Positions 27,528-41,733 of a stretch of DNA of 64,000 nt are shown here, in pieces. The DNA comes from Eledone cirrhosa (taxonomy: Eukaryota): positions 267,964,001 through 268,028,000 of the forward strand of contig OZ024741.1 in assembly GCA_964016885.1 (NCBI GenBank), written 5' to 3'. How positions within the stretch are numbered: the first letter of the stretch is position 1; every line of letters starts with the position of its first letter. The position numbers and the translations under genes were made by a program. The notes under the pieces are model-generated. The model was not told the origin of the DNA and ran no database searches. It saw only the letters and a program-made list of their open reading frames with translations.

Positions 27528-28319
27528 TACTGAAATGGTGTAATTGGTGTATTGGTAAATTACATTTTTTAGTTTGTGACATTGGAGATTCTCAGAGAAG
27601 CTGGGGCAGTGTCAAGAAAATGTTTGTCTTTGGCTGTTTATCTTACTGGTGAGGCTCATGATGGTGTTTATTTTCTTGTACCGTTAACTTTCTTGATAAC
27701 AAATTAAAATATGTAATGTACTAGTAAACAGCCCCATAAAGAACATCTCATGTGAGTGTGTGTGTCAGCATTATTAACCCTTTTGTCTGAAAGCTGCCAC
27801 CCTACTCCTGCCCTAATACATTGTTTATCTTGTGGTCCTAGCTGACATAGTACATTACCCTATGTACTACACATACACTTTTGATGAGTTGTAGTGCACC
27901 TGAGCACTGTACACAATATTTTCATTATTATTACTATAGTATGAAAAAGACATTGCCCCAGAGGACAGCGAAGCCAGCACTTCTGTCTTACTATCATCCA
28001 CAGTAAGGCTGTTAGTGTTCTAGGAAGCCCCAAATAATTTTAATGAGCAACACTACAATTCCTTGCTGTAGCTTGTAATTGAGGGATTGTACACTTTATG
28101 TCCAATGACCATTCTGGCAATCTATACTTTGCTAAATAAGATAATTGTTTCTACTTTTGGCACAAGGTCAGCAATTACCCAGTGCATTACTGGTACTTTA
28201 TTTTATTGGCGCCGTAAGGATTAAAGGCAAAGTTAACCTCGGTGGGATTTGAACTCAGATACTGCCAATAAGATAATGTTTTGTAAAATATTTAAAGCTT
28301 TTCATCTTTTACAAATAGT

Positions 28320-28590
28320 GGAGGCACATGGCTTAGTGGTAAGGGTGTTTTACTTACAATCATAATGTCGTGGGTTCAATTCCTGGACTGGGTTGTTCTT
28401 GAACAAACACTTCATTTTACATTGCTCCAGTACATTCAACTGAAAATGAATACCAGCATTTGCTGGTGGTTTAACCCTATGATGGACTGGCATCTTGTCC
28501 AGGGGGCAGTCTTGTACTCTCAGTCACTTAACACCGAGGAAACTGGGATAAGCACTGACCTGATGAGCCTATGTGCTCAACCCAGACTAT
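28320..28590 (+). mobile_element. tRNA-derived SINE with a Meta/V-like central domain
   Basis: TGGCTTAGTGG, GGTTCAATTCC; AACCCTATGATGGACTGGCATCTTGTCCAGGGGG...GAAACTGGGATAAGC. Confidence 0.7.
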
Positions 28591-30859
28591 ATTTCACTAA
28601 TATATTTCTTACAGTTATCAAAAAAACTAAGGAACAATTAATTATTTCTATAACATGTAAATAACAAATATAATGAAATATCTGGGGGGGAAAAAACTCA
28701 ATGTACTTAAAAAAACTGTTTATTTATGTCAGTGATTTCAGTTGTATTTTTGATTTCAGTATCAGCTTTTTTTTTTTAATTCTTCATTATAACCTACCTC
28801 TAAGTTATTTAAAATAGAAACATTGATGCCGTTTATAATTCAGGTCACTTTCAATTTGATGGAGAAGGTATAAAGGCAATTTTAAATGCTGTTTGAAAAA
28901 TACTCCTCTTCCCCTCACTCCCTTAAAATTCTAGCTGATTTTAATAGAAGGTATATTGATTATTTGTATATTGTATTTGCCTGCTTGGCTGGCTGGCTGG
29001 CTCAACTCTCTTCAGCTAAACTGAAAATTAATTCTGTGAAATTAGAGGCTGATATGAAGTATTTCAATCTGTATTTAGCTCTCATTTTTATTTGAATTTT
29101 TATCTTTTATTTTTTCTATTTTCTATTTTTTTTATTTAAATCTTTCCTTCAAGTTCTGTATTCTGCTCCTGATTTCTATGGCCTATATTTACTGTCAAGT
29201 CCACTGAATCCATCTCATCTTCAACAAAACCACTCTTATTTCCTTCCCAATCTGCAGCCATCCACCAGTCACCTGATATATTCATCCAAGCTTGTACATC
29301 AATCCTCCTAAAGAACTGACAACTGCTGCTGTTTTGAAATTCCCTTCCCCCCCACCAACACCAACAACAACAACAACATTCTTCGAATCTCTCTCCCTTC
29401 CCTCTCTATATTTTTCTCTCTTTCTGTTTGTATGTGTGTGTGATTAATCCTTTAAACAACTTCCTTGCCTAGCTAGTGATTCAGTTGTGGTAATATTTTG
29501 AATAAAGAACTAACAGAACCTGAACCAAACTTCTCTCTTTCCCTCCCTCTGTCTCGTTTTCTCCCTCTCACCCTCTGTCACTCCATTTCTATCCCTCCCT
29601 CCATCCCCTCTTTCTCTCTCCCTCCACCCCTCTCTTTCTTCGCCCCCTCTCTATCTCTCCAACCCTCTCTCTCTCTCTCTCTCCACCCTCTCTCTCTCTC
29701 TCTCTCCACCCCTCTCTGTCACATATACAGGTTCCTACCTTTTTGCTACTTTAACAGTTGTTTTTCCATCCCAAATGACAGTTGCTTGTAGGTAATAGTG
29801 GACAATAAGGAATGAATGGCTTCACACAAAACAACTCCCCCCCCCGTCTCTCTCTCTCTCTCTCTCTCTCTTGGACTGTTTGTATATGCCACAAACAAGA
29901 TCAGCAACCAATTATTGCAGCTACCTATAGCCAGCAGCAGTAACAATGAAGCATTTGGCATTTAATTAAATAAGAAATATTACTGACATATTGGAATGAA
30001 GTTTACATTGAAATCTCCATGATGATTGTTGTTGTTGTTGTTATTATTATTATCATTTTATTATTATTAGTAGTAGTAGTATTTTTCTTTTCTTTTTTAA
30101 CTGCATTTTGTTTTAACACCTATATTCTTACATTACTGTATTATATTATATATCTTTCTGGCTTTTATCATCATTATTATTATTATCATTAATTAACATT
30201 GCAATCAATCTTAATGTTTTTAGATATGCTGTTGTTATACTACACATGCTCTGCGTGTATGTGTGTCTGTGTGTGTGTCTCTGTCTTTGTCTGTGTGTGT
30301 GTTATGTTGTTCAAAAATGTGCTGGAACAATATTGAGAAAATATATATTAATTTGCTAAATAATATATAATAAAACATGAAACTGACTTTAGTTATAATA
30401 TAACACTGATGTCATTTTAAAGTTTGTTGTTTTGTGAAACATAATTCTTTAATTAACTTGAAAACATAAAACAACAACAACAATAACAAATTCATTATTC
30501 GTTGGTGACATTTTTTGTTGTTGTTTAAAATAAAAAAATTTTAAAAATTTGCAACATTTCAAACATCTCCATGATTAGTTTGACAAAGCAAGTTTACAAC
30601 AGTGTTTTTAATTCACAGAAGCAGTTATTTCACTGACATTTCAGAAAAGTAATGAACATCACAATTTTTTCCCCATAAATCTGAAGCTGCATACCCTTGA
30701 AAAAAAAAAGCCTTTTCTTATATAGTTTTTCCATACATCTAAAAGAAAAAATACAAAGCAAAACAAAACAATATTAATATAAATGTTAACTGAAGAATAT
30801 TAAACTTGGTTGATATTACTCTAAAGTACAATGTATGTATGTGTATGTCATTATATATA

Positions 30860-30900
<41 letters not shown>

Positions 30901-30974
30901 GTGTGTGTGTGGTGCAGTGTGAATGTCATATATATATATGTGTGTGTATGTATGATGTGTAGCTGCTTCATAAT

Positions 30975-31885
30975 ATCATCATCATCAGGTTTAGCGTCCG
31001 TGTTCCACGCTTGCATGGGTTTGGACGGGGGTTTTCCCACTTGAGGCAAGAGTGGTTGTCTTGCTCGCATAGGACTGCCTGGCGGGTTTTCTACAGCTGG
31101 ATGCCCTTCCTAACACCAACCACATTTACAGTGTGGGGCTGGGAGGTTTTTACCGTGTTGCCTACACGGCCACATTACAGCGTGGACTGTCTGGCGGGTT
31201 TTCTACAGCTGGATGCCCTTCCTAACACCAACCACATTTACAGTGTGGGGCTGGGAGGTTTTTACCGTGTTGCCTACACGGCCACATTTACAGCGTGGAC
31301 TGTGTTTTTTTGTCGTGACACCTACACGATCTCATTTGTTTCGGCCTGGATGTTGTAGGACCAACATAACTTTACATTGAAAGGGGCGGTGTGGATGGGG
31401 TGGAGGTGGTGGGACGGGGGGTGATGCCTACTGACTGTAGTAGGTTTTTACTTTGTATTTAGGTAAGGCGGGTCTTCTCTATTACTGAGTGCCGCCAAAG
31501 GTCTCGGTCCAGTGACATTGTCTTGGAGAGGTGTAAGCGTGTGAGGTCGGAATTTATCAGCTCGTCCCAGGTTTTTCTGGGTCTGCCTACTCCGTGGCTA
31601 CCGTCTATCTTTATTGCCCTGCACTTTGTTATACAGCTGTTGTCTTTCATGCGCATCACGTGACCGTACCAACGTAGCCTTCTCTCGAGTAAACAACATC
31701 TGATCCCTCTTATTTTTAATTTTTTCCTTAGTTCGTTTATGCTTAGCCGTTCACGTATATTACTATTGCACATCCAGCGGAGCATGCAAGCTTCGTTCCT
31801 CTCTAGTCTGCGTATATCCTCTGCACACAATGCCCAGGTCTCACGGCCATGCAGCATTGCTGTTCGTATGCAGGCATCGTATGGA
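30975..31885 (-). mobile_element. 5'-truncated RTE family A with ~480-nt 3' UTR (internal ~112-bp tandem duplication at 31072-31300)
   Basis: YDACIRTAMLHGRETW...RRLRWYGHVMRM...GRPRKTW...KTRLT* (stop at 31459), then UTR ending in (GAT)n. Confidence 0.88.
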
Positions 31886-31941
31886 TCATAACGCACCAAA
31901 GTACTCAATACTTAGGGTAGTAGAGTGGGTAATAGGAATAT

Positions 31942-32970
31942 ATCATCATCATCATTTTACGCCCGCTTTTCCCTGCTTGCAAAGGTTGGACAGGTCCTAT
32001 TCAGCACAGCATCTCTCCACTTGTCATGGTCCTTCGTCATCTCCACCGTGAGCTTCAGTGATCTGAGGTCTGCTCTCACCAACTCCGCCCATGTTTTTCG
32101 TGGTCTTCCTCTACTACGTCTTCCTTCAACTGGCATTTCCTGGCACTTCTTCACCCATCGGTCATCCTCCATGCGCATCACATGTCCATACCATCTCAGT
32201 CTCCTCTCTCGCACACTACAATCTATCCCTCTCAGACACAGTTTCTCTCTCAACACATCCATGCTCAGTCGTTCATGCACATTGACATTGCACATCCAAC
32301 GGAGCATGCTTGCTTCATTTCTCTCCAACCGACGCATATCCTCTGCAGTTGCTGCCCATGTCTCACTCCCATGCAGCATCGCGCTCCTCACACAGGCATC
32401 ATATAACCAGCCTTTCGTACGCAGGGAGAAACCCTTCTTCGTCAGCAAAGGAAGCAGCTCCCTAAACTTCTTCCAACCCATCATTATTCTAGATACTATG
32501 GCCTCGGAACACCCCCCCCCCCCCATGCTAATCTGATCTCCTAGATACTGGAAGCTATCAACCACTTCTATAGCACCCACCTGCATTGGAAAAATGTGTC
32601 TATCAATGCGACTTCTACTGTCTAATTTCCTTGTACATCTACTGCATATGTATTTCTCCCTACCTGTTAGTTTGCCTGCTATCCCACTACATCTCTTGTG
32701 TACCCAACATCTACATTGTGTGTAGCAACTATCCCCGACGGTCCAGCGGCCTTACCATTTTTCATTTCCTTAATCGCTTCTTGGACTCTATATTCGTCAA
32801 TCTCAATAGCTGGTCCCTCTTTCGGATCTACTGAGAGTAATTTCTCTCTCTCCCATTCGTTCTCCACATTCATCAGTCTCTCATAATGACATTTCCAGGC
32901 CTCCTTTTTCTGATCATTCATGACACTAAATACACCGGCATCATTCCGGACACATTTATCTCCACAACAC
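31942..32970 (-). mobile_element. RTE family B fragment with internal deletions
   Basis: Very similar to 60310-61060, 61910-62150; ends TFASREKRA* + (GAT)n. Confidence 0.9.
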
Positions 32971-34995
32971 ACTATATATATAGCGGGTTGTGTCATTTTT
33001 CCATAGTGCATGTGGTTCAGGACAAGGTAAGAAGAGAAAGCTATAGGGAGCTATGAGGGAGAAGCTAGAATATAATAAAATGTAGTAAACAAGATAAAAC
33101 TTGTTTTAAAACAGTATATGTTCATTTAGATGAAGGTAGAGGTGTTGAAAGATGAGTGTGTGAGAGTTAAAGTTAGGGTAAAGGGTCTATATATGTACCA
33201 ATATGGGATAGCAGAATTAGTGCAAATTAGGCTAATCAGCCAATGTATACTTTAGAGAATACTGTATATTCTCAACAGTTCCAAGGTGTAGCAGAAGGGA
33301 GAAAAATATACAATCTTGATTAGGAGCAATGACATTGTTAACAATAAATTTAAAGATCCAAACATTGTAGATTGTTTTTCTCTCTGCCACCTCTGGAACC
33401 AAATGATGACCTTAGTCGTCTTGAACACATGGTGTAATGAGGCTGTTTCCTTGCAAACGGACGGAATATTAATAATAATATTATAATATTATTATTATTC
33501 ACTCAGGAATGCATAAATGTATATGGTTTGGTATTAATTCATCATCATTGTTATCATTATTTAATGTTTCTTCTCTCTGCAAGCAAGGGTTTCATTCTTA
33601 AATAATTAGGCATATTGTCTTTGTCTCCTTTGGCATTTTCTTACCTCACCCAGTTCACTATGTAAGCCAGTGAGAGTGCTTTTATGTGGTGAATTGGCAG
33701 ATGGGTATGTAGGAGCACTGGACAAAATACCTTCCGGTTTCTTGTGTTCTATATTCAAATCTTGCTGAGGTCAACTTTACTTTTCGTCCTTCTGATGTTG
33801 ATAAATGAAGTACCAATCTAGGACAGTGGACTGGCAGAATCATTAGAGTATCAAACAGTATTTATTTAAGCTATTTGTGTTTTAAGTTCAAATCCCACCA
33901 TGGTTTACTACTTAGATGGTAGATTCAATCAATTCCCTTGTTTAGCACCACCACCTTGCTATTGGGTACCTTTAGTGTTGCAAACATTCAAGCCAAGTCT
34001 TCCACCACCTCCACCCCCTATCCTTGAAAAACCCTTCCCTCAAAAAAGTGATAAAAACAAAGCCAACTTGTTCAGTTTCATTTTACTTTTGCTTTTCATT
34101 CTGGCATGGGTTAGACAGGTTATCACAGACAGAGTTAGTTCTTGTTTGGGGTTTCTGCACTCGTAGACAAGTCAGGGGATCATGTTACCTACATACTTTC
34201 CAGATTTTGGCCTGGGGTCTACAGCTAAATGATCTTTCTAATGCCACCCACTTTACAAAGTATACTGAAAGCATTTTCCCTTGACATGATCACTAGAGAG
34301 ATTGTTTCATCTGCTGCATGACTAAGGGGACTTCTCCAGACCCTGTTTCTCTGTTCTTTTAAGAGGTCTAAGAAGGGGATGACCAAGAAATGAAAGGGAT
34401 GGGAGAAAGTATGATTTGAGTGTGAAGGAGGGAAACTGAGTGATGAGTTAGTAACAGGTAGAATAAGAGTGGCAAGCAGGGAGTTCAGAAGAGGAGTTGA
34501 GGAGGGATACGAATAGGGATGTGATAGAATGAGTGAGTGAGTGATGGAAGGAAGAGAATGATGTAATATAGTCAAATCCAATGTCAAGGTAAAGACATGA
34601 TGTTGAGAGAGAGGAGTTGTGCCACAGGGGAGAGTGGTAGGTGCCAGCTGACAGTTTTGTGGATGTCAACATAGATGAGAGATGGTCAGTGGGTTGTGTC
34701 AGTGAGGGAACTTATGAAAAAGAGTAATGAGAATATGGTCAGATCTAATGTCAAAGTAAGATGTGATGGTAAGAGAGAGGGAGGGGGGGGATAGTGTTAA
34801 TGGAAATGATGTATAGTCTAATTCTGAGATCTTGGGACAACATGATATTAGACTCTTTAAACACTAATTTGAAGCAGAAAAAAGAGAAACAAGCCTTTTG
34901 ACAACAAATATCTATCAGAAAAAAATAGATATATGGTTTGAATCCCATCAGTGGACCTGTTGCTTTGAACAAAATAAATTGTCTCAAATTAAGTA

Positions 34996-35322
34996 CAGTG
35001 GAACCTTGGTTCACAAATGCTTCTCATCACAAACAAATTGGTCACAAATAATTTTTCCAAACATAAAACGTCTCGGTTGATAAACAGTGACTCGAGTACA
35101 AATGCGCAAGCCAGCAACAACAGTTGGTGACAAGCTGGGAATATCGGCGAGAAAGCGTCACTTGCTGTGTAGTTATCTATCTGTCTTTCACACACAGTCT
35201 TTCTCTCTTACTGCATTTCTCTCTTAACATTTCATATGGGGAAGATTGTTTTGGTTTATGAACATTTTGGATGATGAATTGCCTTCAGGAATGAATTAAG
35301 TTTATGAACCGAGGTTCCACTG
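34996..35322. mobile_element. Tigger/pogo-like MITE, copy 2
   Basis: TA|CAGTGGAACCTTGGTTCACAAA ... TTTATGAACCGAGGTTCCACTG|TA. Confidence 0.88.
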
Positions 35323-36821
35323 TACTATAAACTGTATCTGCTATTTTAACTGTTGTTGTTGTTATAGCTAACACATGTAAGGGTTTTAACAGCTTCTTAT
35401 GGGGTTGCATTCCACGGGAGGTTTCTTGAGTGATTTTATGATTAGAGCCTGATACCTTTTTTTTTTTTGTGTGTGTGTGATATGTGGCATTTAAGATTTC
35501 AACTCCCAATACACATAGCCAGAACAGGTACCACAGGACATTTTGTCCGATGCTCTAACAATTTCCATAATCTACTCGCCAGGACTAATGCTTTATATAT
35601 TTATTGAACCAAGAAGTATGAAAGGTCTTACAACTGTATTATTTCAATCAATAGATACATTATTGGAGTCTTGTCAGTGGGTCTCATTGTTTTTTATGTC
35701 TCAAATTGCTTGCTTATAAATGTCTAATATAATTTGTACATTAATTTCTATGCAATTCATCCTTACTTAGTGCAATATCTGTCACAATAAACAGGTGGTA
35801 TGGCCTTGACAAAATCAACTAATCAATTAATTTTGCAATCAGCCATCTTTGCAATACTGTATGTTTTAAGGAAGTTATAAAATTCTATAGTCTTTTCTCC
35901 AAAACAACATAGAAATGTCTGAAATGTCTTAGAATTGATGAAATCTAAAATAAATTTCCATTGTCTGAATAAATGTCTTCAGCCTGGCTGAACAGAATTT
36001 AATTTTGTACCAGAGGCCTCTTCAGTATAGCTTTTAAAAAAATATACAGAAGAGAACAACAACAAATAAATAAAAAAATAAAGATGATAGCTGACTAATC
36101 TAAAAAGTTGTCATGACAATGTCATCTTACTGAATATGAGTGTCTTCTTCCTTTATAAAACCCGATATTATAATCACATTTGTTTCTTTTTTTTTTTCAC
36201 AGACATTTTTGTTTCATGAAGATTTAGATTTTGATTTAATGATATATATATATACACATACATAAATACACTCACATAGACACACAAATATATATATATA
36301 TATACATACACACACATATATACACATACACACACATACATACATATATACACAAACACACACACATACAAACACACATTTATAAACCCATGCCAGCATG
36401 GAGAACGGACATAAAATGATGATGATAGATATAATGATTTGGATTTTTTTCTCTTAACAGAAATATAAATTTTGTGATTATACTCTTTCTTAGAGACTCA
36501 AACATTTTCATGCATTTGTTAGAGCAGATATTTCACAGAAGGATGCTCTCCTCACTCATAACCAATCAACTGTAAAGTAGGAAGTTGATATAGAATTTAT
36601 TTCCAGCATATTCTCTCACACACACACACTCCATGAACAGGCACAAACACACCCACACAGATACAAACATTAACATACATACATACACACAGATGCTCAA
36701 GTTTAGCCCAATAACCAGCATGTTAAATAACTACTGAACTTGCCTTTATGATGTTGATTCACCTGCTAGAAATAGCAGCCAAATACTTCAGATATATATA
36801 TATGTGTGTGTATGTTTGTGT

Positions 36822-37050
36822 ATCATCATCATCACCACCATTTTACGTCCATTCTTCCACGCTAGCATGGGTTAGACGGGTTGTGCTGTTGTGGGCAATG
36901 CCAGATCAGGTGACCATGTCTTGCTCATACAGGAACTGATTTTAGCTTGCTTTTTACAGCTGGATCCCCTTCCTAACGCCAATCTCATTTACAGTGAGTA
37001 CTGGGTGCTTTTTTGTCATGACACCTACATGACTACTTAACAGTGTAGCT
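36822..37050 (-). mobile_element. RTE/SINE 3' tail fragment
   Basis: Reverse complement of 3850-4075. Confidence 0.75.
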
Positions 37051-38301
37051 ATGTATATATGTGTGTATATGTGTATACATATATACATGTGCGTGGAAGC
37101 ACATGGATTAGTGGTTAGGGTGTTTGTCTTATAATCACAAGGTCTTTAGTTTGATTTGGTTCATTGATTTCTTCCAGAGAAGGAACAAGAGAAAGAAAGA
37201 GAGGAGGTGTAAAAGAAATAGAGTAAAAGAATTGACCCCAGTACTGGACTGGCACTTTTTTTATTGACCTTGAAAAGATGAAAGACAAAGTTGACCTCAG
37301 TGGGATTTGAACTCGGAAAGTGCAGGGAGCTGGAACGAATATCGCAAAGCATTCTAACATTTGAACGACCCTACCAATTCACCGCCTCAAATACCACAGT
37401 ATTTACACCAATATACTGTGACATTTGCACATATGCATGAACACAGACACACACACACACATATATACACATATGCAGTCAGTTTGTACTGTAAGGCAGT
37501 GATGCTGGTGCCACAACAAAAGCACCCAGTCAACCCAGTAAGGTGGTAGTGCCAGAATCATGATAAAGGTTCCTAGTACATGCTGTAAAGTGGTTGCCAG
37601 TATGAAGGGCATCTAGCCATAGAAACCAACCCCAAAATGGAACATATGAGCAAGATATGCTCAAAATATGACAAGTGTGTACCTTTTCTGCTAATACTAT
37701 TATTTTTATATCCACGCCAACATGCATCTGCATTGATAAACCTATATGTTTATACTCATATGAGTCGCTTTCTCTATTTCTCCTGTCTTCTTTCATTTCT
37801 CCTTCTCTGTTCCCTTCTCATCCACTCTTTCCTTATCTCTCACTTGTTTGTATCCCCCTACTGCAAGACCATTTATTTGATCTTTTACCCTGAACCTCTG
37901 ATAAATGATGATCATGATTTTTTTCTTCTCTTCTTCTCATCAACAAAGTCAATTTTTCCCTACTTCTGGCATTCTCTTGTTGCACACACACTTACATACA
38001 CTGTCTGTTGTCCATTTATTTCTAGTCATGACTTTTTAAATGTATTTATCTCTTCTTTTATCAAAAGTCAACCGTAAATATTCCTGTCCTTTCTTTGTTT
38101 TGTTATCATCTCTCACATGTATCTCATCAATGGACTGGTCATCCAATCTTTTGTGGAAACTGGCATCATAAGTGCAGTATCACCTTAAAGCGTGAAATTG
38201 CACTGCCAGCAAGATGGCTGACAATATAGAGATATATCTGTCATGTTAACATAACTGTCTGCATTTTCTGCTAATATTATTATATTTATATCACTACCAA
38301 C

Positions 38302-38338
<37 letters not shown>

Positions 38339-40529
38339 CTTTATTTCCAACTATTTTTTTCTATAAAATATGTATGTGCCTTGATCTTAATCTTTGGCAT
38401 TCTGGACTGGTATCAAATTTCTCCTCATTACTTTAAATACAATTGAATAATTCTATAGAAAATTGAATTAAATTTAATTTAATTGATATTTTTAACTGCA
38501 TCTATTTTGTGCATGCGGTTGAGATTTTTACAAATTCTGTTTTGAGAATATCCCCCAAGACAAAAGTATGTCTTTAATCTTTGATTAGGATGATGTTTGA
38601 TAATGTGGATGATGATGAGAATAATGATATGAATGATAATGATGATGATGATAAGCACTTAAAATAGTTAACATATTATGCTGAACTGTGCCATATGTTT
38701 TCACACAATATTCATACCTGAGGTGCTAAAGTCTATCTACGTTAATCAATAATTATAATCAGATAAATAAGGAACTAGATAGCAACAATTCATTATTGAT
38801 AGCAGTTGCAACAACAACAACCTTTCTTTGTGAAACATCACTTTTTTTTTTTAATACCATCTTTTGTTAATTTTCATTGTAAGAAAGAATAGACACATGG
38901 AGGCAGAGTTCTGTGATCAAATAATGCTTACCAAACTTGAAATTCAAAGCAAATAACACATACACACACAGATATTGCTTTTCAATTGCACAGTGCATCT
39001 GAGGGCTATGTATCCTTGCCCTCGGCATTTCAGAGAAAGCAGATATGCCATTAGGTATGTAGCATGTGCTAGCAATTTTGAGTTCTCCATAAGAATCTGT
39101 CTATTTATTATTCAATTCTCTTCACTCTCTACCCTTTAGTTTACAACCTCTCTCTCTCTCTCCAATATTTTGTTCTTTACTTATACAACAAAGGCTACTA
39201 CTACTACTACTACTACTAGCAACTACACTGCTACCACCATAACTACTACTACTACTACTATCAGCAACAATACCACCACCATAACTACTACTACCACTAC
39301 CACAGCTTTTGTTGAGGAAACAGTGGTATCTCTTCTAGCCTTAGGCTATTCTTTCCAAAGAGATAGCCAATAATCATTGTTACACTTACAATAACTGTAA
39401 TGTAACAGACAATTAAACAGGAAAAAATATATATATATAAATACAAACAAGCAACAACAAACTTAAATAACAAAGAAACAAGGAAACAAAATAAATCTGT
39501 TGTTACCTTTTCATAGTTTTTCTCTCTTGGTCTTTTCTTTCCTTTTTCAATGAGTCAACATCTAATATTATAATTATATTTGAAGAGATGAAACTGGAAA
39601 TCAAAAGATTGATATCACATGAGAAAAATAATAATGACAATTTCTGACATAGGTGCAAGACCCTACATTTTTTGGGAAAAGGATTAGTCTATTAAATCAA
39701 CCCCAGTATTTATTAAAAGTAAAAAAAAAAAGTTTTGTCCCAAGCCCAGAGGCTTATCAGCGTTGGGGTTGAAACTTAATTCAATTCATTCGCATTAAGC
39801 AATTAAAAGTACAAGCCCTCCCCCCTCTCGCCACCCCTGGACAAGATGTCAGTATGGGTGAAAAGTTAACCCCACGACCTCCAGCTACTGGTGGTATTCA
39901 TTTCCAGTTGAATGGACTAGAACAATGTGAAATGTAGTGCCATACTCGCTCAAGAATACAATGCACTGATTGGCCTGGGGTTTGAACACTTGATGTTATC
40001 ATGATCGTGAGTGTCCAACTAAGTGAGTAACCACTAAGATACTTCATTTATCAATTCCGAAAGAATGAAAGACAAGGTTGACCTTGATGAGTTTTTAATT
40101 TAGAATGTATAGAGCTGTAAATATGGTAAGATATTGTGTTACAGCCTGTGCTAATGATTCTGCCAATTCACAAAAAAAACATGATAATAATACTATTAAC
40201 AATGACTTTGTCTTTGCTGTTTTATTACAAATGATTACTTATTTACTTAAATATATTATTTACTAAGAACCTGTTGAGCCAACTGTCCCATCAAATTTCA
40301 TCTCAGATCACACACCTTATTGTCTTAAAGGAAGCACATAATTAGTGCAAACACATGGTCATTCATATATATATGATACATGTATGTGTGTATATATATA
40401 TATATATTTATATATAAAATGACGATTTGTTAGGTCTTCATTATGTTTATTGAGTAGTGACGCATGTTTCGTTATTGATCAACTCAAGATTCGATCTCTA
40501 TCGATGTAGCCTGACTCTGGAATTATATA

Positions 40530-40870
40530 TCATCATCATCATCATCATTTCATTTTACGTCCGCTTTTCCCTGCTTGCAAGGGTGGGACGGGAACTGATT
40601 CTGGCTTGATTTCTGGATGCCCTTCCTAACACCAACCTCATTTACAGTGAGTGCTGGGTGCTTTTTTGCCGTGGCACCTCCACGACCACTTTGCAGTGGA
40701 ATGATAGGGACCCCAGTCCCTATCATCTCATTTCTACAGCTGAGGAAACTGGAGCAATGTGAAATAAAGTGTCTTGCTCAAGGAAACAACACATCACCCG
40801 GTCTGAGAATTGAACTGACAACCTTTCGATTGCAAGGCCAATGCTCTACCCACTAAGCCATGTGCCTCCA
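40530..40870 (-). mobile_element. tRNA-derived SINE with RTE-derived tail, copy 1
   Basis: Minus strand TGGCTTAGTGG, AGTTCAATTCT, CCTTGAGCAAGACACTTTATTTCAC; 42-nt tail identical to RTE 60306-60347. Confidence 0.88.
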
Positions 40871-40949
40871 TATATATATATATATATACATAAGGCATAT
40901 ATATATGTGAGTGTGTAATATATATATATATGTGTGTAAATATATATAT

Positions 40950-41128
40950 ATATTGTTATGCTTTGGGAGGATCATGTTGCCAATAAGAAACACACGCACC
41001 AGTTGCTTTCACTTCAATTTATTATAAATTAAATTTATAAATTCCTAAATTTATAATAAATTGAAGTGAAAGCAACTGGTGCGTGTGTTTCTTATTGGCA
41101 ACATGACCCTCCCAAAGCATAACAATAT
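40950..41128. repeat. Fold-back inverted repeat, ~81-bp arms, ~17-bp spacer
   Basis: 40950-41030 is the reverse complement of 41048-41128 with about one mismatch. Confidence 0.92.
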
Positions 41129-41239
41129 CGGTTTCAACACACGTTTTCAGATAAAGAATCTTGCTAAACAAATTCAGAAACGAAATATATATATATATAT
41201 AATTATTATTATTATGTAATAAACAACATAAGGCAATTA

Positions 41240-41299
41240 TTCCATTTACCAGTGGTTTCTTAAAAGCAAAAGGTTTTGCTTTCAATCCTCAGAATGAAA
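41240..41299 (-). ncRNA. Type I hammerhead ribozyme (minimal stem III)
   Basis: Reverse complement of 43431-43490. Confidence 0.8.
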
Positions 41300-41507
41300 A
41301 ATCCTGGTTTGTTTATTGAATATGGATTCTAAAAACAAAAATGCAATCTATATGAAAGTGAGGCTGGAAAAGGGAGAAGGAAAGGAAAAATAAAATAAAA
41401 CTACACATGCAAACACAAAAAAAAAAAAAAAAAAAAAACACAAAAGCATACTTACACACACATACATATATACACATATATAAATGTCCGCATACACATA
41501 TACATAT

Positions 41508-41543
<36 letters not shown>

Positions 41544-41700
41544 AGCGTACACCTACACACACATACACATATATACACACATATACACATACATACATTC
41601 ATACATACACACACACACACACACACATACACACACACACACACACACATACACACACACATATATATACATGTACATATATATATATATATACATATAT

Positions 41701-41733
<33 letters not shown>

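Noticed and set aside
28538-28585. GAAAC...CTGATGAGC arrangement as a type II/III hammerhead
   Set aside because: Required stems and NUH do not form; it is part of the SINE tail
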